DNA from: an uncultured Janibacter sp.
GTDB lineage: Bacteria; Actinomycetota; Actinomycetes; Actinomycetales; Dermatophilaceae
DNA length: 64,000 bases
Assembly: GCA_964386935.1 (NCBI GenBank)
Contig: CAYLUX010000001.1
Location: forward strand, 23,386 to 87,385
Reading direction: 5' to 3'
Shown here: one piece after another, positions 57,512-64,000 of the stretch
Numbering within the stretch: position 1 is the stretch's first letter
Layout: each line of letters opens with the position of its first letter
The notes under the pieces: generated by a model
Seen by the model: only the letters and a program-made list of their open reading frames with translations
Told to the model about the DNA's origin: nothing
Databases searched by the model: none
Program-made: the position numbers and the translations under genes

Positions 57512-58170
57512 GGGCCGTCGTCGTCCCCGCGGCACCGGCGCTGATCCCCGGCGTCGGCGGCACCGCCGACCCGCTCGCCGAGCTGCGCGAGCAGGCGCGG
57601 GCGCTCGTGGCCGAGAGCCTGACGAAGGGGGAAGGCCCCGTCGTGGTCGTCGGCGCGGGGCAGGCTACCCGCGACTGGCCGGCCGACGCCCCCTCCGGGG
57701 AGGCGCGCTTCACCACCGGCCGGGTGCCCGAGGGGGCGCTGCCGACGGCCCCGGGGATCGGGCGCATGCTGCTCCCCGACGTCGGAGACCGGCTGGTGCT
57801 CCAGTCGATCGCTGCCGACGCGACTCCGCAGGAGTGCGCCGACCTCGGCCGCAGGCTGGCCGACGGACCCGACGGGCTCCTCGTCGTCGTCGCCGACGGC
57901 CCCGCCACGCTGACGGAGAAGGCGCCGGGCCACCTGCAGGCTGACGCCGCCCCCTTCGCCAGGGAGCTCGCGCGGGCACTGGCCGACGGTGACCTCGCCG
58001 CGCTCACCGGTCTGGACCCGGCCGTCTGCGACCGGCTGTGGATGCGTGGCCGACCGGCGCTGCAGGTACTCGCCGGCGCCGCCGCCGGCGCCTCGCCGTC
58101 CGCGCAGGTGCTCCTGGACGAGGCCCCCTTCGGCGTGCAGTACCTGCTGGCGCGCTGGGACGAGTGGTGA
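57508..58170 (+). CDS. hypothetical protein
   Basis: 4-nt overlaps at both ends, so it is embedded in the operon. 220 aa, A/L/P-rich. No motif recognised. Confidence 0.55.
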   Translation: MRAVVVPAAPALIPGVGGTADPLAELREQARALVAESLTKGEGPVVVVGAGQATRDWPADAPSGEARFTTGRVPEGALPTAPGIGRMLLPDVGDRLVLQSIAADATPQECADLGRRLADGPDGLLVVVADGPATLTEKAPGHLQADAAPFARELARALADGDLAALTGLDPAVCDRLWMRGRPALQVLAGAAAGASPSAQVLLDEAPFGVQYLLARWDEW

Positions 58171-59507
58171 CCACCCTGCGACAGCTGTACGACGTCGGCC
58201 GCCGCCGCGCATGGGCGATCTGGCTGACCGGCCTCGGCGTCTACGTCCTGGCCATCTTCCACCGCACCTCGCTCGGCGTCGCCGGGCTCATCGCGGCGGA
58301 CCGCTTCGACATCAGCGGCAGCCAGCTGGCGACCTTCACCGTCCTGCAGCTGCTCGTCTACGCGGGCATGCAGATCCCCGTCGGGGTGATGCTGGACCGC
58401 TTCGGGTCCAGGGCGATGATCCTCGGCGGACTGCTGGCCATGACCGTGGGGCAGCTGTGGTTCTCCGTGGCCGGGTCCTTCGGGGTGGGACTGGCCGCTC
58501 GGGCCCTCGTGGGCGCGGGTGATGCCATGATCTTCACGTCGGTGCTGCGCCTGATCGCCCTGTGGTTCAACGCGCGGCAGGTGCCGGTCCTGAACCAGAT
58601 CACCGGCATCGTCGGCCAGCTCGGAGCCGTCATCGCCGCCGTGCCGCTGAGCGCAGCCCTGCACCGGTGGGGCTGGACGATGACCTACGCGACGACCGCC
58701 TCGCTGGGCGTGATCTTCACCCTCGGCGTCATCGTGCTCGTCAAGGACTCGCCCTACGAGCGCGGGGCGGTCGAGCGGATCCGGTTCCGCGAGATGAGCC
58801 GCAGCCTCGTGCAGGTCTACCGAGAGCCGGGCTCGAGGCTGGGCTTCTTCCTGCACTTCACCACGCAGTTCGCGCCCACGGTCTTCGCGCTGCTGTGGGG
58901 CTTCCCCTTCCTCGTCCAGGGCCAGGGGCGTACCCCGACGGAGGCCTCGGCGCTGCTGACGCTGATGACCTTCGTCGCGCTCGTCGCCGGGCCGATCATC
59001 GGCCGCTGGAGCGGCCGGCACCCGTACCACCGGTCGGTCTTCGCGCTGTCCGTCGTGGGTGCGATCGCGCTGGTGTGGGCGATCGTGCTCGCGCTGCCAT
59101 TCCCCGCGCCCATGTGGCTGCTCGTGCTCTTCATCGCGGTCACCGCCATCGGCATGCCCGCCTCGATGATCGCCTTCGACGTGGCGCGCAGCTTCCACCG
59201 CAGCGAGCGGCTCGGGCGGGCCTCGGGCTTCGTGAACATGGGTGGCTTCACCGCCTCCCTGCTGACGATGGCGCTCGTCGGGATCCTGCTCGACCTGCGC
59301 GCGTCCGGAGGGCCGGACACCTACACGCTCGATGACTTCCGGGTCGCGATGAGCTCGCAGTTCCTCGTCTGGGGCTTCGGTGCGCTGATGCTGCGGCGCT
59401 ACCGCCGGCGCTCGCTGACCCGGGTAGCCGGTGCGCCCGGCGCGTTGGCCGCGCTGCGTCGCGGGGAGACCCTGCTGCCGGGGATCTCCCGGGACCGGGA
59501 CGACTGA
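58167..59507 (+). CDS. MFS transporter
   Basis: GTGA overlap. About 12 hydrophobic helices and the 'GMQIPVGVMLDRFGSR' loop 2-3 motif. Confidence 0.8.
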   Translation: MTTLRQLYDVGRRRAWAIWLTGLGVYVLAIFHRTSLGVAGLIAADRFDISGSQLATFTVLQLLVYAGMQIPVGVMLDRFGSRAMILGGLLAMTVGQLWFSVAGSFGVGLAARALVGAGDAMIFTSVLRLIALWFNARQVPVLNQITGIVGQLGAVIAAVPLSAALHRWGWTMTYATTASLGVIFTLGVIVLVKDSPYERGAVERIRFREMSRSLVQVYREPGSRLGFFLHFTTQFAPTVFALLWGFPFLVQGQGRTPTEASALLTLMTFVALVAGPIIGRWSGRHPYHRSVFALSVVGAIALVWAIVLALPFPAPMWLLVLFIAVTAIGMPASMIAFDVARSFHRSERLGRASGFVNMGGFTASLLTMALVGILLDLRASGGPDTYTLDDFRVAMSSQFLVWGFGALMLRRYRRRSLTRVAGAPGALAALRRGETLLPGISRDRDD

Positions 59508-59538
59508 CCCGGCCACATCCTCGGTTCGGCCCGACGGA

Positions 59539-60699
59539 TCAGAGCGAGGCGAGCAGGTTCCGCGAGATGACGAGGCGCTGGATCTGGTTGGTGCCCTCGA
59601 AGATCTGGGTGACCTTGGCCTCGCGGAAGTACCGCGCGACGGGGAAGTCCTCGGTGTAGCCGGCGCCGCCGAGCACCTGGATGGCGTCGGTCGTCACCCG
59701 CATGGCGGCATCGGTGGCCACGAGCTTCGCGGCGGCGGCCTCGGTCCCGAAGGGGCGACCGGCGTCCCGCATCCGCGCGGCCTGCAGGTAGGTCGCCCGG
59801 GCACTCATCACGGCGGCCTGCATGTCGGCGAGGATGAAGGCCAGGCCCTGGTTGCTCGCGATGGTGCGGCCGAACTGCTCCCGCTCGTTGGCGTACCGCG
59901 CGGCAACGTCGAGCGCGGCCTGGGCCAGGCCGGTGGCGACGGCGGCGATCCCGAGGCGTCCGGCGTCCAGCCCGGCCAGCGCCATCGGCACCCCACGACC
60001 CAGCTCGCCGACCTGTCGCGCCCCGGCGACGGGGACGTCCTCGAAGATCACCTCGCGGACCGTGTCGCCGTGCAGGCCCATCTTCTTCTCGGGGGTGGCG
60101 AAGGACAGGCCGGGAACGTCGCCGGGCACGACGAAGCAGCTGACCCCGCGGCCCCCGTCGTCGCTCGTGCGGGCGAAGGTCGTGTAGTAGTCGGCGTGCC
60201 CGGCGTGCGAGATCCAGGCCTTCCGGCCGCGGATCAGCCAGTCCTCCCCGTCGGGGACCGCGCGGGTGGTCATCGCCGCGATGTCGGAGCCGGCGAGCGG
60301 CTCGGAGAGGGCATAGGCGCCCAGCTGCTCACCGGAGAGCATGTCCGGCAGCAGCGCCTCCTGCTGCTCCTGCGAGCCGAAGGTGTGCACCGCGTAGGCG
60401 GTGAGCGAGTGCACCGACACCCCGACGCCGACGGCGGCCCACGCCGAGGCGATCTCCTCCACGACCTGCAGGTACACCTCGTAGGGCTGGGCGCCGCCGC
60501 CGAGCTCCTCCGGGTAGGGCAGCGAGAGCAGACCGGCGCGCCCCAGGGTGAGGAAGACCTCCCGCGGGAAGACCTCCTCGTGCTCCGCCCGGGCCTCGAC
60601 GTCGTCGACCACCGGACGCAGCGACTTCTCGCAGATGGAGCGGGTGAGCTCGATGAGGTCGTCACCGATCTCCGTGGGCATGAGTCTGGTCGCGGGCAT
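59539..60699 (-). CDS. acyl-CoA dehydrogenase
   Basis: 'GAYALSEPLAGSD', 'KAWISHAG', and C-terminal 'YFREAKVTQIFEGTNQIQRLVISR'. Confidence 0.9.
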   Translation of the reverse strand: MPATRLMPTEIGDDLIELTRSICEKSLRPVVDDVEARAEHEEVFPREVFLTLGRAGLLSLPYPEELGGGAQPYEVYLQVVEEIASAWAAVGVGVSVHSLTAYAVHTFGSQEQQEALLPDMLSGEQLGAYALSEPLAGSDIAAMTTRAVPDGEDWLIRGRKAWISHAGHADYYTTFARTSDDGGRGVSCFVVPGDVPGLSFATPEKKMGLHGDTVREVIFEDVPVAGARQVGELGRGVPMALAGLDAGRLGIAAVATGLAQAALDVAARYANEREQFGRTIASNQGLAFILADMQAAVMSARATYLQAARMRDAGRPFGTEAAAAKLVATDAAMRVTTDAIQVLGGAGYTEDFPVARYFREAKVTQIFEGTNQIQRLVISRNLLASL

Positions 60700-60837
60700 G
60701 GCCTCACTGTAGTTCGCGTCACACCGGAGACGACTCGGCAGGGGCCTTGGTGAGGGGCAGGTGAGGAGTCGATGAGAGGTCCTTCAGAATCGCCCCTTTT
60801 GCTTGGCCCGGCGGGTGGGGCGGGCCAAGGTGGAGCC

Positions 60838-61497
60838 ATGAACATCCGACGCATCGCCCTCGCTTCCCTGACCGCCGCCACCGCCCTGGCCATGGCCGCC
60901 TGCGGGTCCGACGACGCCGGATCCGCAGGCTCCGCCTCGGACACCAGCACGACGAGCTCGCAGAGCTCGTCGCAGTCCTCCGAGGAGTCGCCCGAGCACT
61001 CCGGCACCGACGAGGGGCAGACCTCCGAGGGCTCGGGCTCGCCGGCCGGCGACGTGGACGCCAAGGACCTGGCGAAGGTCGTCGCCACCGCCGAGGACGA
61101 GGCCGGCGGGACCGCTTACGAGATCGACGACCAGGACCGCGACGGCACCTGGGAGGTCGACGTGGCCAAGGACGACGGGACCTCCGTCGAGGTCGACGTC
61201 GCGTCCGACGGCAGCAAGGTCGTGCGCTCCGACTCCGAGGAGCAGATGGACTCCGAGGACCGTCAGGCGCTGGACGCCGCGAAGATCACGGTCCTCGACG
61301 CGCTCGAGGCCGGGATGAAGGAGGCCGACGGCACCTTCGACGACGTCGAGCTCGAGTCCGAGGGTGGCAAGCACTTCTGGGAGGTCTCCCTGGACGGGCC
61401 CTCCGGCGACGACATCGAGGTCCGTGTCGACGTCGTCACGGGCAAGGCCGCGGTGCACCAGGACTCCGAGGACCAGGACGACGACAACGACGACTGA
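60838..61497 (+). CDS. PepSY-like lipoprotein with acidic low-complexity regions
   Basis: ATG 60838 gives 'MNIRRIALASLTAATALAMAAC' (lipobox). Two 'W.V....DG....V.VD'-type repeats. Confidence 0.7.
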   Translation: MNIRRIALASLTAATALAMAACGSDDAGSAGSASDTSTTSSQSSSQSSEESPEHSGTDEGQTSEGSGSPAGDVDAKDLAKVVATAEDEAGGTAYEIDDQDRDGTWEVDVAKDDGTSVEVDVASDGSKVVRSDSEEQMDSEDRQALDAAKITVLDALEAGMKEADGTFDDVELESEGGKHFWEVSLDGPSGDDIEVRVDVVTGKAAVHQDSEDQDDDNDD

Positions 61498-61524
61498 GCG
61501 TCGTCACGTCTGGAGGCGGTGGGC

Positions 61525-62595
61525 CTACGGGTCCATCGCCTCCGTGTGTGCCGGGTGGACCCGCACCTGACTCGCCTTGACCGAGGCCCACACCCGCTCC
61601 CCGGGACGAAGGGGGAGTGCCGCCAGTGCCGCAGGGGTCACCTCGGCACTCACCGGGACGAGGGAGTCGACCCACACCCGCGCCCGACCGGCATGTGCCT
61701 CGACCCGGGAGACCTGCCCCGGCCAGACATTGCGGGGCGAACCCTCGGGGCGGGTCAGGTGCAGCGAGACCGCGTCAGGGGTGAAGGTCACCCAGCAGGC
61801 GCCGGTCACGTCGTGGCTCGTCGTGGCGATCTCCAGGGGGCCCCCGGGTGTCTCGGCGCGGGCCCCCGCCCCGACCAGCGCCTCGGCCCGCACGAGGTTG
61901 ACCCCGGCCAGGCCGGCGGTGAAGGCGCTGCGGGGGTGCTCGAGCACCTCCCGGACCGGCCCGTGCTCGACCTGCTCGCCGAGCACCGTCATCGTGTCCT
62001 GGGGGCCGTCTGCGACGGTGAGCACGTCGAGCACGTCGTGGGTGACGAGCACGACCACGAGGTCCTCGCGGGCATGGGTGACGTCCGAGAGCACAGCCCG
62101 CATCGCCGGCGTGGCCTCGACGTCGAGGGCGGCGAGGGGCTCGTCGAGCAGCAGCGCGTCCGGCTCCGCCGCGAGCGCCCGGGCGAGCGCCACCCGCGCG
62201 GCCTGGCCCCCCGAGAGCTGGGTGGGCCGCCGACCCGCGAAGTCGCCCATCCCGACGATCCCGAGCCAGTGCTCCGCGGTGGCGCGGGCCTCCCTTCGCC
62301 GTCGTCCCCGGCTGCGCGGCCCGAAGGCGACGTTGTCCCGCGCGTCGAGGTGGGGGAAGAGCGCCGGTGACTGGCTGAGCAGCCCCACCCTGCGCCGGTG
62401 CGGGGGCACGCCGGTCAGGTCGCGCCCGGACAGGGCGATCCGCGCCGAGTCCGGGCGGGCGAGCCCCGCGATGACCGAGAGCAGCGAGGACTTGCCGGCG
62501 CCGTTCGGGCCGGTGATCGCGTGCCGCCCTGCGGGCAGGTCGAGCTCGACGGTGAGGCCGCGCTGCTGCCACCGCACGGCCAGCTGCAGGCTCAT
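61525..62595 (-). CDS. modC: molybdate ABC transporter ATP-binding protein with C-terminal TOBE-like domain
   Basis: ATG 62595. Contains '[11 protein letters not shown]', '[15 protein letters not shown]', 'LLLDEP'. The track ORF is extended to 63507 by junk. Confidence 0.85.
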   Translation of the reverse strand: MSLQLAVRWQQRGLTVELDLPAGRHAITGPNGAGKSSLLSVIAGLARPDSARIALSGRDLTGVPPHRRRVGLLSQSPALFPHLDARDNVAFGPRSRGRRRREARATAEHWLGIVGMGDFAGRRPTQLSGGQAARVALARALAAEPDALLLDEPLAALDVEATPAMRAVLSDVTHAREDLVVVLVTHDVLDVLTVADGPQDTMTVLGEQVEHGPVREVLEHPRSAFTAGLAGVNLVRAEALVGAGARAETPGGPLEIATTSHDVTGACWVTFTPDAVSLHLTRPEGSPRNVWPGQVSRVEAHAGRARVWVDSLVPVSAEVTPAALAALPLRPGERVWASVKASQVRVHPAHTEAMDP

Positions 62596-63374
62596 CTCGT
62601 CCGCTCCGGTCGGATGGTGCGCGCGTAGACCGTGCCGACGATGACCGTCGCGAGGACGACGAGCAGCAGCGCGAGGGTGACCGCGGCGTCCGGGTCGGTC
62701 TCGCGCTGCAGGTAGATCTCCAGCGGCAGTGTCCGGGTGCGTCCCTGCGCGGACCCGGCGAAGGTCAGGGTCGCGCCGAACTCGCCGAGCGCCCGGGCGA
62801 AGGCCAGCACGCAGCCGGACAGCAGCCCGGGCGCGACGAGGGGGAGGGTGACATGGGTCAGCCGACGCCACGGCCCTGCCCCGAGGGTGGCGGCGGCCTC
62901 CTCGTGCCGGCGCCCGAGACCGCGCACCGCCCCCTCGAGGGAGAGGACGAGGAAGGGCAGGGCGACGAAGGTCTGGGCGAGCACGACGGCGGTGGTGCTG
63001 AAGGAGATCGAGATCCCCGCCGCCTCCAGGTAGCGCCCGAGCAGGCCTCGCCGGCCGAAGGTGTAGAGCAGCGCGAGGCCGCCGACGACCGGTGGCAGGA
63101 CGAGTGGGACGAGCACGAGGGCCCGCAGCACCGCCTGCCCCGGCCAGCGGCCGCGGGCCAGCAGCAGCGCCAGCGGCGTCCCGAGGAGCACGCAGATCAC
63201 GGTCGCGGCCGTCGCGGTGCGCAGCGAGAGCAGCAGCGCATCGAGCGAGGCCTCGGAGGTCAGCAGCGGCCACAGCTGGCCGACGGGGACCTGGGCGAGG
63301 AGCCCGGCGAGCGGCACGACGACGAGCACGACCGCCCCGGCGGCCGGGATCCACAGCCAGCGGGGCGGACTCAC
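62592..63374 (-). CDS. modB: molybdate ABC transporter permease
   Basis: GTG start. '[16 protein letters not shown]' EAA loop and multiple TM helices. Overlaps modC by 4 nt. Confidence 0.85.
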   Translation of the reverse strand: MSPPRWLWIPAAGAVVLVVVPLAGLLAQVPVGQLWPLLTSEASLDALLLSLRTATAATVICVLLGTPLALLLARGRWPGQAVLRALVLVPLVLPPVVGGLALLYTFGRRGLLGRYLEAAGISISFSTTAVVLAQTFVALPFLVLSLEGAVRGLGRRHEEAAATLGAGPWRRLTHVTLPLVAPGLLSGCVLAFARALGEFGATLTFAGSAQGRTRTLPLEIYLQRETDPDAAVTLALLLVVLATVIVGTVYARTIRPERTR

Positions 63375-64000
63375 GGCGCGCCGAAGCCCCTCTCCTGCAG
63401 CACCTTCTGCCCCTCCTTGCCGGTGACGAGGTCGACGAAGGCCTGCGCGTCCTTCGGGGAGGCGCTCTCCTCCAGGGTGGCGATGGGGTAGTCGTTGACC
63501 ACCGCATCGGCCCCCTTCGGCTCCACGGCGGTGACGTCGTCGCCGGCGCCGGTCGCGTCGGTGACGTAGACCAGCCCCGCGTCGGCCTCGCCTGAGGTGA
63601 CCTTGGCGAGCACGTCGGTCACCTTGGTCTCCTCGCTCGCGGGGTCGAGGGTCACGCCTTCCTTCTCGGCGAGGCGCTGGGTGGCGTTGCCGCAGGGCAC
63701 CTCCGGCGCGCAGACGACGACGGCCAGGTCCGGGTCGGCCAGGTCCTCCATCCCCGTGATGTCCTCGGGGTTGCCCGGTTCGGTGACGATCGTCAGGGTG
63801 TTCGTGGCGAAGATCGTCGGGTCCTTCACCATCGAGGAGACCTTGTCCATGTTGGGCTCGTCGGCGGAGGCGAAGACGTCGACGTCCGAGCCGCCCTTGA
63901 TCTGCGCGGCCAGGTCGGAGGAGCCGGCGAACTGCAGCTCGACCTCGACGCCGTCGTGCTGCTCCTCGTAGGTCTCGGCGAGCTCCTCGAAGGAGTCGGT
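63371..64000 (-). CDS. modA: molybdate-binding periplasmic protein (5' end lies beyond the window)
   Basis: My own translation shows the frame stays open to nt 64000 ('..[34 protein letters not shown]..'). Overlaps modB by 4 nt. Partial. Confidence 0.8.
   Translation of the reverse strand, partial: TDSFEELAETYEEQHDGVEVELQFAGSSDLAAQIKGGSDVDVFASADEPNMDKVSSMVKDPTIFATNTLTIVTEPGNPEDITGMEDLADPDLAVVVCAPEVPCGNATQRLAEKEGVTLDPASEETKVTDVLAKVTSGEADAGLVYVTDATGAGDDVTAVEPKGADAVVNDYPIATLEESASPKDAQAFVDLVTGKEGQKVLQERGFGAP

Overview
The window is a very GC-rich actinobacterial chromosome segment. The organism makes mycothiol (mshA and a mycothiol-dependent formaldehyde dehydrogenase are present). I support 66 protein genes, one tRNA-Thr(UGU), four hairpin terminators and several candidate regulatory sites. 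Most of the window is housekeeping DNA arranged in blocks I recognise from mycobacteria and other actinobacteria:
- Fur-ygfZ, an XRE regulator with an hbhA-like gene, and dtd
- mshA-ybjN-gpmA-phoU-senX3-regX3
- carD-ispD-ispF ... cysS-rlmB
- otsA-otsB, two rpf paralogues, gpgS-folP2, and modABC

The standout is an accessory island of about 23 kb (about 16.4-39 kb), plus a few adjacent genes out to about 42.6 kb. It is inserted between ispF and cysS. It contains a PucR regulator, a UraA/RutG-type nucleobase permease, a CoxMSL-type molybdenum hydroxylase with a CoxG anchor, an amidase-signature amidase, HyuA/HyuB, an NmrA-like protein, carbamate kinase, a barbiturase/AtzD-family ring-opening amidohydrolase, a family III CoA-transferase and a fused carboxyltransferase. 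A divergent DUF2877-FdrA-DUF1116 operon (AllFGH-like) completes it.

I read this island as an oxidative pyrimidine (barbiturate) catabolic system. It may include a novel phosphorolytic, ATP-yielding ureide-cleavage step. That reading is inference only.

All family calls rest on motifs I recognise by eye in the supplied translations. No database search or computation was possible. Many long ORFs in the track are off-frame or antisense artefacts of GC-rich DNA and were discarded. Many track ORFs were trimmed to internal start codons.
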